A stretch of 64,000 nucleotides of DNA from the NCBI GenBank assembly GCA_040217195.1, contig JAVJNR010000005.1, positions 320,001 to 384,000 on the forward strand, given 5' to 3'. Positions 28,487 to 39,392 of the stretch are shown one piece after another. The notes below the pieces were generated by a model. The model was not told where the DNA came from and did no database searches. It saw only the letters and a program-made list of their open reading frames with translations. Every line of letters starts with the position of its first letter. Position 1 is the stretch's first letter. Both the position numbers and the translations under genes were made by a program. The stretch is from Leptospiraceae bacterium. Lineage in GTDB: Bacteria; Spirochaetota; Leptospiria; Leptospirales; Leptonemataceae.

Positions 28487-31096
28487 ATGAAAGTCATTGA
28501 GACCAGCGCTGGCGCCGTCTATATACAGTATAACCTCAGATTTCTTGCCCGGGACCCGGATTTCGCACTTCTACAGGAAATGCGTCGATGGAAGATGAAC
28601 GGTATTAAGAACGTCCTGATTCCTGAGTTCGAGCATTCTTCTCTGCCCGACCGATTGCAGATCATTCTAAAAGCTGAAGGCTTCCTGATTCGAGTTATTC
28701 CAGACAGCGAAAGATTCGAAACCATGGATCTATCCGTTCTGGATTCGGTGGATCATCGTCCTGCAATCTTCCTCTGTAACCCCGAAAGTTCTGAGCTTAT
28801 TGAACCGGCCGTGGCTGAACTTTTGCGCAGGCGCCAGGGAATCACAGTTCGGCAGGCTCTGGAATGGATGCATCCTGAATCGGAGCAGGAGGGGCATCGA
28901 GAAGAGGCGTCTGATTTTGACGGGACCGGCCAGCCAGCCCACCACACAAACGGCGTAGCTTCCGATACAATGGTCTCTAAAGAAGAAACTTCGAAAGAGC
29001 GACCTGTAAAACCTGTTTCAGTGGAACCTTCTGCCAGAACGAAAGAGCCGCCCGTTTCTGCTCCCGCAGAAGAGAAATCCGTAAAACCGGAGATTACCGG
29101 TAAGGCTACACCGGCTGCCATTCCGGAAAAAAAGACGGAAATTGCTGCCGCTCCAGAAATCACACCTCCACCGGCGGTAAATGAATCCAGAATCGGTATT
29201 CGAGTTAAGCTCATAGGAATCATAAGTGGATTGCTCATTGCCTCACTCACAGGTATGATTTTCCTGGCCACCTACTTCTTTCGCACAGATACAGAACGCA
29301 GAATTCAGGAGACTAACCTGAGTATTACTTCTGTAATCGGTCAGAAAATCGTTTCAGAAATCGATAACTTCAAGTATAGAGCTGTTCTGGCAGTTACCGG
29401 TGGGCAGACAGATGATACTGAGAATTCAGTGCAACTGGGTCCTATATCCAGTATTCGAGACGAAAGGCCCACTCAAGTTAGAAGCATTCCTCAAGACAGA
29501 AAGAATATTTTCCTGAGAAATAACGATTCGGTGCTATACCTGGCAGTCGTAAGCAGGGATAATCTCTCCCTAAAATACGAAGACGAAATCTTTAATGAAG
29601 TGGCCCTTCAAAACCGGGGGCTGGATAAGCAACAGATTCAATCTCAATTGCCCGTATATGCAGAAGAGTTCCTTCCGTCCACAGCCGGTGCTACACTTGT
29701 TAAGAATATTAGCCCGGCCCTGAGAACTCCTGTGGTGGCCCTCAGTTTCCCCCTGGAAGGGCATCAAGGACAGGCCGTAATTCTATTCATTGATTCTCGT
29801 AAGTTTACTGAAAGCTTCGAAGGCACTCAGAGCGAAGAAACTGAAATCTACATGGTGGATGGCGATGGTAAGATCATAGCCCATGGAGAAACGGATCTAA
29901 TTCTTTCCGCTCAGTCCATGCGCGACATCCCTATCGTGCAATATATGCTTGAAAGCAAGGTAAATAGTCAGGTTTCGCGCTACGAGTTCCAGAAAGAAAC
30001 CTACCTGGGCTCATTTCAGAAGCTGGCCGTGGGGAATCTGGGTATTATTTCCGTAGTTAAAGAAGAAGTGGCCATGGCCCAGGTAAACCAGACCCAGAGA
30101 AGAAACTTCATCATTATGGGAATCGTTCTGGTTCTTTCAGTTCTGGTAGTTTATTTCTATGCTCGTAGTCTTTCGATCCCCCTTCGTCAACTTGTAGGTG
30201 CAACTCAGCAAATTGAAGAGGGACAGTATGAATTCGCCCTGAAACCAAAAACTCGAGATGAGGTGGGCGTTCTAACCGCTTCCTTCCTGAAGATGGCCAG
30301 CGGTCTTCAAGAAAGGGAACGGATGAAAGATGCATTCGGTAAATTCGTAAACAAAGAGATCGCAGAGAAAGCACTGAAAGGTGAAATCAAGCTCGGTGGT
30401 GAAAAGAAGCATTCGGCTGTATTCTTCTCCGATCTCCGGGGCTTCACTGCTATGTCTGAAAGCATGGAGCCAGAAGAGGTGGTGGAATATCTTAACGATT
30501 ATTTCTCTGCCATGGTTGCCTGCGTGGATGAAACCAAAGGCGTGGTGGATAAATTCATCGGAGATGCCATTATGGCTACCTGGGGCGCGGTGGTTTCCCA
30601 TGGAAATGATACAGAGAATGCTGTAAACGGAGCTCTGCGAATGAGAGCGGCTCTAATCGAGCTCAATGTACGTAATCGGGAACGGGGCAAGCCCATCGCA
30701 CGATTTGGATGTGGTATCAATTCAGGACCTGTGATTTCGGGGCAGATCGGTTCCGAACAAAAGCTGGAGTTCACGGTTATCGGAGATACAGTGAATCTGG
30801 CCAGCCGAATCGAAGCATTGAACAAACCATTTGGCACGGATATTTTGATTTCTACAGATAGCTATGAAGAAGTGAAAGATGTCTTCAACGTGGAGAAGAT
30901 GCCGGCCATTAAAGTAAAAGGTAAGGAAAAGGCGCAAACAATCTACTTTGTTCTGGGGCGCAAGGATGATCCAAATTGCCCCACCTCTCTGGACGAAGTT
31001 CGCAAGATGGCTGATATTGAAGTAAAAGGAGTCGGCCCCACAGGCGACGTGGTGGCAACCGAAGGCGAAGAGAAGTATGAAATTCTCGAAGGGTGA
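28487..31096 (+). CDS. Membrane class III adenylate cyclase (N-terminal extra domain, 2 TM, Cache, HAMP, CHD)
   Basis: FSDLRGFT, DKFIGDAIMA, EFTVIGDTVNLASR, VKGK; HAMP PLRQL...RDEVGVL. Confidence 0.92.
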   Translation: MKVIETSAGAVYIQYNLRFLARDPDFALLQEMRRWKMNGIKNVLIPEFEHSSLPDRLQIILKAEGFLIRVIPDSERFETMDLSVLDSVDHRPAIFLCNPESSELIEPAVAELLRRRQGITVRQALEWMHPESEQEGHREEASDFDGTGQPAHHTNGVASDTMVSKEETSKERPVKPVSVEPSARTKEPPVSAPAEEKSVKPEITGKATPAAIPEKKTEIAAAPEITPPPAVNESRIGIRVKLIGIISGLLIASLTGMIFLATYFFRTDTERRIQETNLSITSVIGQKIVSEIDNFKYRAVLAVTGGQTDDTENSVQLGPISSIRDERPTQVRSIPQDRKNIFLRNNDSVLYLAVVSRDNLSLKYEDEIFNEVALQNRGLDKQQIQSQLPVYAEEFLPSTAGATLVKNISPALRTPVVALSFPLEGHQGQAVILFIDSRKFTESFEGTQSEETEIYMVDGDGKIIAHGETDLILSAQSMRDIPIVQYMLESKVNSQVSRYEFQKETYLGSFQKLAVGNLGIISVVKEEVAMAQVNQTQRRNFIIMGIVLVLSVLVVYFYARSLSIPLRQLVGATQQIEEGQYEFALKPKTRDEVGVLTASFLKMASGLQERERMKDAFGKFVNKEIAEKALKGEIKLGGEKKHSAVFFSDLRGFTAMSESMEPEEVVEYLNDYFSAMVACVDETKGVVDKFIGDAIMATWGAVVSHGNDTENAVNGALRMRAALIELNVRNRERGKPIARFGCGINSGPVISGQIGSEQKLEFTVIGDTVNLASRIEALNKPFGTDILISTDSYEEVKDVFNVEKMPAIKVKGKEKAQTIYFVLGRKDDPNCPTSLDEVRKMADIEVKGVGPTGDVVATEGEEKYEILEG

Positions 31097-33124
31097 TTGG
31101 ACATTCACCATCATTGCCATATTACTGCTTTTTCTACTGTCCGGAATTCTGTATCTGGACTTTACGGCCGGTTTGCAGGCTGGCGATCGCCAGCAGGTAG
31201 GTGTTCTGACGTTTAAGCGCCGGACCGCAGAGCGAAAGTACTCGGGCTCCACCTTATGGCAGGGTATGGAGCCCAGCGTAGCAGTCTATAATATGGAAAT
31301 ATGGACGCCATTCGAACTGCCGGTGATTCAGAAGCCACAATTACACTAAACGACGGCACCAGGATATCTCTGGAAGACAATACAATGATTGTCTTGAATT
31401 TTACAGAAGATCAACCGGCCATCGACTTCGGTTACGGTTCCATGCAGGCCGAAGCAACAGGCGATAGTGACCTTGAAATCAACTCCGGCGATAGCACCAT
31501 CAATCTATCGGATTCTGAAGCCCGCATCAGTGGTAGCGAAGGAGACCTGGAGCTTCAGGTGCAAAAAGGGGAAGCCAGGCTCAAGAAAGGAGATGAGGAA
31601 AAGACTGTAGGCGAAAATGAAATTGCTGGCATGGATGCCAACCAGGTCCGGGTAGAAAAGAATCCTTTATCTTTGATTTCGCCAGCAGACCAGAGTCGAT
31701 TCTACACTCGACAGAGTCGTGAAGCGGTGAACTTCCAGTGGAAGTCCGACGGCCCGGTTACTCTGCAGGTGGCCAGCGATCGAGGTTTTTCCAGCATCGT
31801 TGCCCAGGCCCCCCGGGGAGATGGAAATGCAAGTGCAGCAATAGGACCGGGAATCTATTACTGGCGTGTCCTGAAGAATGGTCAGGCTTCGCCTATTAGA
31901 CGTTTCGCAGTGTATCAGGAGCAGTCACCGGTATTGCAGATGCCTCTGGGCGGAAGTGAATTTACCTACCGCGACAGCCCTCCCCCGGTTCAGTTTCTAT
32001 GGTCCAGACTGGATGGGGTGACTTCCTACAGGATTGTAGTATCTCAAAGCCAGAATCTATCCAATCCAATTATCAATGAGCAGCTGGTAGTAAATAGCAT
32101 AACTCGAAACCTGAGTCCAGGAACCTATTACTGGCAGATTCAACCCATCAGTTCTGCAGAAGCCTCCGTTTCAAGTAGCGGCATAGGATCATTCTCTGTC
32201 TCTCAACAGGATAACGTGTCAGCTCCCATACCCTTGAGTCCTGTAAACTCCACGTTTGTCCAGGCATTGCTTGAAAAGAATGGATTGACCTTTAGCTGGA
32301 AACAGGACTCGGAAATTCGTTCGGTTAACTTTCAGCTCGCAGCGGATGGAAACTTTCAGAATGTTCTGACATCATCCACTGTGGGTAGCAATGTTTTTAG
32401 ATACACTGGCTCCCTGGAACCGGGCACCTATTACTGGCGACTGACCGGAGAAGGGTTTAACAGCTCTCGCATAGCTCAATTTCAGATAGCAGAAAAAGAA
32501 AGACTTCAGACCGTTTTACCAGCCCCTGGAAGCAGCCTCACATCCTTACAACAGGACGTTCAGGTTCGTTTCGCCTGGAAAGGTCCGGCGGGCAATTACA
32601 GACTTCTGGTCTCGAACAATGCAAACCTGGAAGGGGCCCGGACAGCCAGTACATCGGATCGATCTGCCATTGTGCCAGGACTGGACCAGGGCACCTTTTT
32701 CTGGAAAGTACAGAGACTCAGCTCCGATGGAGATGTGCTGGGAGAAAGCGCTATTTTGAACTTTAAGATAGAAAGAAAGCTGGATAAACCGGACCTGATC
32801 TATCCTGTACCTGGATCCACGGTGGATATGACCGAACTGGATAAGATTGTATTTCGGTGGAAACCTGTAGAAGGAGCCAGAAGCTATACCATTAAGCTGT
32901 ATATTATGGACGGAACCGGCCAGAGACAGCTAATTACCAGAAATGTTGTGGGCACTCAGTTTCAATTTGATGATTTGAGCCAGCTGGATACGGCTCTATT
33001 CCGGTACACGGTAGAAGCCAACGCCCCCGGGCTGGACGGCGAGCCAGCGCAGGCAGCATTTAGAATTTCTTTGCAACTGGACAAGAAACCAGAGTTTATT
33101 ACACCAGAGGTTATATTCAAATAG
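31077..33124 (+). pseudogene. FecR-domain protein with Ig/FN3-like repeats, frameshifted by an 8-bp duplication
   Basis: ORFs 31077-31349 and 31301-33124 join as ...VYNMDAIRT... if one AATATGGA copy (31290-31305) is removed; repeated PGxYYWR beta modules. Confidence 0.75.
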
Positions 33125-33126
33125 CC

Positions 33127-34485
33127 ATGATTTTTCGAGCGCCCCGAGCAAATATTGCCGCCTCAGATAAAATGAGCCGGAATGCCACAAATACCTGTCT
33201 GACAGACGGATATCGTGCAACCTTTGGCTTCCGGGCCTTCCTGATCTCAAAAAAGTATGCAGTGGGAGGTTCAGGCAATCTTAGATCTTTCATTTTGCTC
33301 ATTGCCTTACTGCTTTTTTCGATGCCCGCTCTGGCAGAAAGCCCCGGTGATGAGAAAATCATCGAAGGACGTCAGGAGAATCCCAACCTGGCCAGTCTGT
33401 CTGTTTTGATGGAATGGACTTCGGTCAAGATTGCCCAGGAATACGTATTCCAGGTGGCTGATTTACGAGGTCGGATACTGATCGATAAAAGCGGCCTGAA
33501 GGATCCAAATGTAGAAATCAAGCTCAAACCAGGCAGATACCAGCGCCGAATTGGTATCGTAAACAAATTTGGAAAGATATCATTCTGGTCTCCCTGGGAA
33601 ACCTTTCGCCTTGTAAAAACCGAAGACCCTCGTATGAAAGAACTGACTCTGGGAGATCATACCCCGGGGCAAAGTACACGAGTCATTGTATCTGGTGAAA
33701 ACCTGGATGAGTTCACCGAGTTCGAAGCAAGTTCTGGAAAAAAGAAAGTAAAAATATGGCGTAAAGAAGTCCTGCCCGATGGCAAGGTTGCCCTGGATGT
33801 AGATACAAGCTCTCTGGGTAATCAGGCCGAGGTAGACATCGAGGCCAAAAACCCGGGCCGGGATCCAGACACAGTAGAATCTGCACTTGTTATTGATGGA
33901 AACGAAGCCTCCGTGGGCCAACCGTCTCTGGCCAGCGCCTGGGGACTGGACCTGGATATGCCAGATGGCTACACCTGGTTAATTCCTGGCTACAACCAGT
34001 TCGAAAGAGGCGAAACCATGAAAGGCTACCTGATTTCAGGTGGTATTCTGTTCTTTGGGGCGGCCTCTCTTTATTTCGCAAATGAAGCCAATACAGTGGC
34101 ATCATCTACTACGGGTGATTTTTCCCAGCAAATATTCGCCAATCCTCTGATATACAATGCAGTGGTCCCCAATCTTTCCAACACAGAATTCAATGTTTTG
34201 CGATTCCAGCAAAATCAGACCTATAATGCCAACTCGGATTCTTATAACTTCAATAAGAATGCCAGCTACATGTCAGCCGGTATTGCACTTTTAATCTATG
34301 GCTACCACCTCTGGGATGTGATGAGCCATGATTCGCCGGATGGACTGGCCTTAATCGCAGAGCCTCGATCATTAAAACCGGATTCGGCAGCGCCTGCACA
34401 ATGGAATCCCACTTCCGCCTATTCGCCCCAGCAGCGCAGACTGACCGAAACCTATATGGGCGCCGGATATGCGATTCATTTCTGA
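33127..34485 (+). CDS. Secreted/membrane hypothetical protein (FN3-like domain, IPG-type C-terminal region)
   Basis: Signal SFILLIALLLFSMPALA (true start probably near 33261); PGRYQRRI..NKFGK..WSPW; ends YAIHF. Confidence 0.75.
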   Translation: MIFRAPRANIAASDKMSRNATNTCLTDGYRATFGFRAFLISKKYAVGGSGNLRSFILLIALLLFSMPALAESPGDEKIIEGRQENPNLASLSVLMEWTSVKIAQEYVFQVADLRGRILIDKSGLKDPNVEIKLKPGRYQRRIGIVNKFGKISFWSPWETFRLVKTEDPRMKELTLGDHTPGQSTRVIVSGENLDEFTEFEASSGKKKVKIWRKEVLPDGKVALDVDTSSLGNQAEVDIEAKNPGRDPDTVESALVIDGNEASVGQPSLASAWGLDLDMPDGYTWLIPGYNQFERGETMKGYLISGGILFFGAASLYFANEANTVASSTTGDFSQQIFANPLIYNAVVPNLSNTEFNVLRFQQNQTYNANSDSYNFNKNASYMSAGIALLIYGYHLWDVMSHDSPDGLALIAEPRSLKPDSAAPAQWNPTSAYSPQQRRLTETYMGAGYAIHF

Positions 34486-34487
34486 TT

Positions 34488-34928
34488 CTAGAGAATGGTT
34501 CTCAGATAGCCCCAGAATAGAACTGCAAAACCGCCCACTTCTCCGAGAATCAAAAGCACCATAGCTCCATGAATCATAAATGGTGGCATTCTCCAGGAAC
34601 CAAGTGTATAGGGTTTACGAAATTGATTGTCGGTATCGCCCAGGATAGCATGTATCAAGTAGGTAAACTGAGCGAATATGAAAAAAGTAATCACCGCAAG
34701 TACCGACAGGATCTCAGTGAAGTCCGATAAATTGCTTAGCTCCACAAATTGTGCCAGCAACAGGGATGCGAAACTATAAAGTAGCGCTGCCCGATGCAGA
34801 ATGTTTACGTACTCCGGCGCCTCTGCCTCAGCAGAGCGAAGAATTCCTCCGTACTTCCAGATTCCAGACAACAGACCTGCAAGAAAGAAAGAGCCCGCCG
34901 CCACGTAGCAAATGTGCATTGCATTCAT
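34488..34928 (-). CDS. Four-TM membrane protein
   Basis: Four hydrophobic segments; HRAALLYSFA, DTDNQF. Confidence 0.8.
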   Translation of the reverse strand: MNAMHICYVAAGSFFLAGLLSGIWKYGGILRSAEAEAPEYVNILHRAALLYSFASLLLAQFVELSNLSDFTEILSVLAVITFFIFAQFTYLIHAILGDTDNQFRKPYTLGSWRMPPFMIHGAMVLLILGEVGGFAVLFWGYLRTIL

Positions 34929-35100
34929 TTTATTATCCGTCCTTTTTGCGCGGCCACTTACTACTGGCCAACGCTATAGCAATCATGCCATGAAATGCAG
35001 TTAAAATCGACTGAAACTATAATCTGGGTCTCCCAATTCTGGAACTTCAGTGCAAATAAAGGCGGCAACGAAGTTTGGACAGGGATTTCAGTGGCAAAAG

Positions 35101-36198
35101 CTAAACAGAGCGATTCTCTCTTTGCCGGTATTGCCCGGGGGTAACTCCGGCAATTCCTTTGAATGCTCGGTTAAAAGAAGACTTTGAATTGAATCCCACA
35201 GCAAGTGCAACGGACAGTATACTTCTATCTTTTTGCTCCAGAAGCATATTGCAGGCAGCCTCCACCCGGTGCTGATTCACAAACTCTGCGAAGCTCATAT
35301 CCAGATGGGAATTTATCAACTCAGAGAGCTGATGGGGTGTTAAATCCACTGCATCAGCCAATCCTGCAAGTCGCAGATCCTCATCTGCATAGTAGGACTC
35401 CTCCCCCATCAATCGATTGAGCTTCTCCAGAATTCCTTCCACGTCCAGTCCAGATAGTTTACTTTTTGCGTAGCGCACCTTCTGGATTGCTTCGGAAAAC
35501 TCAAACATGGCCGAGGGCTGAACACGGGAGAAAAAGAACACAGCTACGGCTGCCAGTGTATGAGACCATACAGAAGCGCGAAACAGCCAGGTAATTGAGA
35601 ATAAGTATCCTGCTATATCCGCCAGAATCATTAGCCATACATATAGTAGAAGAATATGCGCGAATGGCTTGATTTCAGAAGGTAGACTTTGAAGAGCTCT
35701 TGCTCCCTCTCCGGAGCTTCGTAGTGGAATCCATAGCGAATAGGCAAGAATGAGAGCCTTGGGACCAATGACCCAGAGGACAAGAAACCATCCCTCCGTA
35801 CTGCGCTTTGATTCGAAGATTTCCAGGATCAATGCAATCAATGCTTCCGGCTCAGAAGAGACCCAGAACAACGGCAATGCAGCAAACACTGGAAAAAGAA
35901 AGTGCAGATATTCGAATCGCTTCCACTGTAATCCGGCCAGACGATCATAGTATGCCATGATCACAGGACCTATGGCATACATGATTGGCAAAAAAAGAAC
36001 ATAGTAAAAGGGAGATGGAACAAACAATCCGGAAAGAAAGAAGGCCTCCCATATCAAGCGCAGCCCGGACATACCTACAAAGGCCACGGCAATGAAGCTT
36101 CCTGCATTTCTTCCAGGAATTGCCAGACTCATAGCCCAGGTCAGACAGAACAATCCGCCAAAGCCAGCCACCGAATAATCGAATAAAGAACCGGGCAT
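35101..36198 (-). CDS. Membrane-anchored AraC-family regulator
   Basis: About 7 TM N-terminus; C-terminal HQLSELIN...VGFNSKSSFNRAFK...TPGQY. Confidence 0.9.
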   Translation of the reverse strand: MPGSLFDYSVAGFGGLFCLTWAMSLAIPGRNAGSFIAVAFVGMSGLRLIWEAFFLSGLFVPSPFYYVLFLPIMYAIGPVIMAYYDRLAGLQWKRFEYLHFLFPVFAALPLFWVSSEPEALIALILEIFESKRSTEGWFLVLWVIGPKALILAYSLWIPLRSSGEGARALQSLPSEIKPFAHILLLYVWLMILADIAGYLFSITWLFRASVWSHTLAAVAVFFFSRVQPSAMFEFSEAIQKVRYAKSKLSGLDVEGILEKLNRLMGEESYYADEDLRLAGLADAVDLTPHQLSELINSHLDMSFAEFVNQHRVEAACNMLLEQKDRSILSVALAVGFNSKSSFNRAFKGIAGVTPGQYRQRENRSV

Positions 36199-36359
36199 GG
36201 GATAACCTGGGTACAGGCAATGTATAGATGCAACTACAATGAAATATTTTTGGGAGCCAGCATGGGATTGGATGACCAATACAGACAAATGAGAGCCCTC
36301 AGAGTCACCATACGAGCAAGCAGCGTAGCTCAATCTGGCTGGATCATTCCCCGGGACAA

Positions 36360-36779
36360 TTAAAAGCCAGAATTTCCCGCATCTTCCGGGTCAATCTGTT
36401 TGAGAACCTTTGCCTTCCCTGTAAAATCCTCACCAATCAGTACATTCACTACTATGCCCTTTCCGCCCACAATGTCTCCATGTAGGACATTGATCTTGGC
36501 CTGTCCATCCAGGATATTTCCACGCATTACTTCTATTTGAAGGCCAAATGTTTTATGCCCTTTAATATCCCCTTCCAGGTAGCGAATACTTAGATTTCTA
36601 CAATCTTCCAGATCACCGCGGACATAGGTATAAGTCTGATTCTTATCTCTGTAAAGATCTTTGTTAACTACCAGTACTTGCGGATCTTCGGATTCAGACT
36701 GACAGCTGGATAGTATCGCAACTGTAACAAGTAGTGTTAGAAAAAAGTAGCAGGAACGTCGACAGAGGAGCATAAACAA
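36360..36779 (-). CDS. Putative lipoprotein with short beta-solenoid-like repeats
   Basis: ILSSC lipobox; recurring (V/L)xG(D/N)(I/L) units. Confidence 0.65.
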   Translation of the reverse strand: MFMLLCRRSCYFFLTLLVTVAILSSCQSESEDPQVLVVNKDLYRDKNQTYTYVRGDLEDCRNLSIRYLEGDIKGHKTFGLQIEVMRGNILDGQAKINVLHGDIVGGKGIVVNVLIGEDFTGKAKVLKQIDPEDAGNSGF

Positions 36780-36813
36780 TCTTTTAGAGAGTGATCCACA
36801 AGACTACCATTCT

Positions 36814-37818
36814 TCAGGCATGTTTGCGAACCAGGGTTTCAATTTTATGGTTCATCTCTTTTTCCGCATAGTCCCAGACCAGTCGCACCGCATTTTTATA
36901 GGCCTTGGCGTTCGAGTTTCCATGACCTATGACACAGGCACCATTCACGCCCAGTAGAGGTGCGCCGCCATATTCGGTGTAATCCATACGTCGTTTAATT
37001 TCTTCCAGAACAGGCTTCAATAAGTATGCTCCGGTTCTGGCCAGAGAAGAACCTGCAATCCCTCGCAGAAGGATGGTAAAAATGGAGCCTGCAAGACCTT
37101 CCGTGGCCTTCAATAATACGTTGCCCATGAATCCGTCGCAGACTACCACATCTGCTTTTCTTGGAGTCCCACCATATATATCCCTTCCTTCAATATTACC
37201 TATGAAGTCATAGGGAAGCTTGGCCAATCTCTGGTAGGCAGAAATGGAAAGTGCATTTCCTTTTTTCTCTTCTTCGCCGTTAGAAAGTAATGCTATTTTT
37301 GGAGATTCCACTCCCAGGATTTCCCGGGCATAGAGTTCTCCCATGATTGCGAATTGCACCATCCATTGTGGCTTTACATCCACATTTGCGCCGGAGTCCA
37401 CCAGTATGGTAGTACCTCCGTCTTCTCTTGGAATGGGTGATGCTATGCAGGGCCGACTGACTCCCCGAATTCGCCCCATCTCCATAAGAGCTGCCGCCAT
37501 GGTAGCTCCGGTATTGCCGGGCGAAAAGAAACCGATGGCTTTTTGCTCTCGCACCATGCGAGCGGCCACTACGACAGATGAGTCTTTTCTTGTGCGAACG
37601 GACTGAGAAGGAGAATCACTCATTCCAATTACATCGCTGGCTTCTTCAATTTCCACCATGTCCCGATCGTAGGAATGCTTTTCCAGGATGGCTTCCAGTT
37701 TTCCGGTATCGCCTACCAGAATAACTCTAGCCCCATATTCGCGGACCGCAGCCAGGGCTCCACTCACAGCAGGTTCCGGGCCCAGTTCCCCACTCATGGT
37801 ATCCACGGCTACGCTCAC
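36814..37818 (-). CDS. plsX: Phosphate acyltransferase
   Basis: VDTMSGE, SPGNTGA, DSGANVD, CDGFMGNVLLK, GGAPLLGVNG, HGNS. Confidence 0.96.
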   Translation of the reverse strand: MSVAVDTMSGELGPEPAVSGALAAVREYGARVILVGDTGKLEAILEKHSYDRDMVEIEEASDVIGMSDSPSQSVRTRKDSSVVVAARMVREQKAIGFFSPGNTGATMAAALMEMGRIRGVSRPCIASPIPREDGGTTILVDSGANVDVKPQWMVQFAIMGELYAREILGVESPKIALLSNGEEEKKGNALSISAYQRLAKLPYDFIGNIEGRDIYGGTPRKADVVVCDGFMGNVLLKATEGLAGSIFTILLRGIAGSSLARTGAYLLKPVLEEIKRRMDYTEYGGAPLLGVNGACVIGHGNSNAKAYKNAVRLVWDYAEKEMNHKIETLVRKHA

Positions 37819-38009
37819 GGACGTATAGAACGATGCCAGGCACAGGCGGTCAATCGCTTTCGACGGATAATCGGAAGGCTCAGTTGAGATTCGCCTGAGC
37901 GGCAGGTTTTTTCGGAAGGAAAGGTAAACCTAAAACACAAATAGGACATTGCCATTGCAACCGTATGGCCAGCAATGGCTTTGAAAGTATCTGAGTTGCT
38001 GAAGAACGG

Positions 38010-38204
38010 TTATGCGCCGGTCACAGGCGTGCGCGGTTCCAGGACTATACGATCCTTATACCAGCCGCAGGTGGGGCATACTCGATGCGGCATGATGAAG
38101 GAACCGCAATTCTTGCATGGAGCCAGGTTCGGCTTACCGATTGCGTGATGAGCTCTTCTGGAGCGGGTCTTCTGCTTGGATGTTTTTCTCTTAGGTACTG
38201 CCAT
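38010..38204 (-). CDS. rpmF: 50S ribosomal protein L32
   Basis: [10 protein letters not shown]...CKNCG...[11 protein letters not shown]. Confidence 0.97.
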   Translation of the reverse strand: MAVPKRKTSKQKTRSRRAHHAIGKPNLAPCKNCGSFIMPHRVCPTCGWYKDRIVLEPRTPVTGA

Positions 38205-38305
38205 ATGCTCCCCGAAAGGCCAAGAAATTCGCACCTGAGTGCCCATACAAGGCTTTTTCCAAAAAAACTGGACCGGACAGGGAGATTCTAGATCTCGTTT
38301 TAACA

Positions 38306-39340
38306 ATGTCCCTTCTACAACGCCTTGAGGCGCTAAATGATAGAGCCGCATCCGGCCTCAGCCAATGTGAGGACCCTACCCAACTGGAGTCTCTCTATCA
38401 TGAGATTCTGGGCAAAAAGGGAGAGCTCACAGAAATTCTAAAAGGCATCAAAGACCTGAGCCCGGAAGAAAAGAAGCATGCAGGCTCCAGAGCAAACGAA
38501 ATTCGATCTGAGCTGGAAAAGCGATTCAAGGAAGCACAGCAAGAATTGAAGGCTCGCGCCCTGCAGCAGGCCCTGGAGAACGAGACCTATGATGTTATGC
38601 GCCCAATTTCTTTCCATGCAGGCAGTCTACATCCGATTTCAGAGGTTCAGTACCAGGTGGAGGAAATCTTTTCCAGCATGGGATTTAGAATCATGGATGG
38701 GCCTGAAGTGGAAACCGATGAAAGCAATTTTGGAGCTTTGAACTTTTCCGATGATCATCCGGCCAGGGATATGCAAGATACGATCTGGGTGGAGGGCGGC
38801 AACCTGCTACGAACTCATACTTCTACAGTGCAGGTTCGCTCCATGAAAATGCTGGAGCCCCCTTTTCGCATTGTGGCGCCGGGCAGGGTCTTTCGCTTCG
38901 AACAAACGGATGCCAGTCATGAAACAACATTCCATCAGGTGGAAGGCATGATGGTGGATAAGGAAGTTTCCGTATCTCATCTTATCTATGTAATGAAGAC
39001 CTTTCTGCGCCGCTATTTTGAAAAGGATGTGGAAGTGAGACTACGACCGGGCTATTTTCCTTTTGTAGAACCGGGCTTTGAACTGGATTTTAGCTGTCTG
39101 GTATGCGATGGAAAAGGCTGCTCTGTATGCAAGCATTCCGGATGGGTTGAAATCATGCCCTGCGGGCTGGTGCATCCTAATGTACTTTCCGCCGGTGGAA
39201 TTGATCCAGACAAATGGCAGGGATTCGCATTTGGCCTTGGACTCAGTCGACTGGTCATGATGAGACACAAGATCGAAGACATTCGTCATCTATTGTCCGG
39301 GAACATGCGATTTTTAAAAGCGTTCAGCCAGGGACGTTAG
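38306..39340 (+). CDS. pheS: Phenylalanyl-tRNA synthetase alpha subunit
   Basis: [35 protein letters not shown]. Confidence 0.98.
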   Translation: MSLLQRLEALNDRAASGLSQCEDPTQLESLYHEILGKKGELTEILKGIKDLSPEEKKHAGSRANEIRSELEKRFKEAQQELKARALQQALENETYDVMRPISFHAGSLHPISEVQYQVEEIFSSMGFRIMDGPEVETDESNFGALNFSDDHPARDMQDTIWVEGGNLLRTHTSTVQVRSMKMLEPPFRIVAPGRVFRFEQTDASHETTFHQVEGMMVDKEVSVSHLIYVMKTFLRRYFEKDVEVRLRPGYFPFVEPGFELDFSCLVCDGKGCSVCKHSGWVEIMPCGLVHPNVLSAGGIDPDKWQGFAFGLGLSRLVMMRHKIEDIRHLLSGNMRFLKAFSQGR

Positions 39341-39392
39341 GAAGCCAGGAAATCAAAATCATAAAGCCGTCCTACTAGAGAAGAAGAAATCT

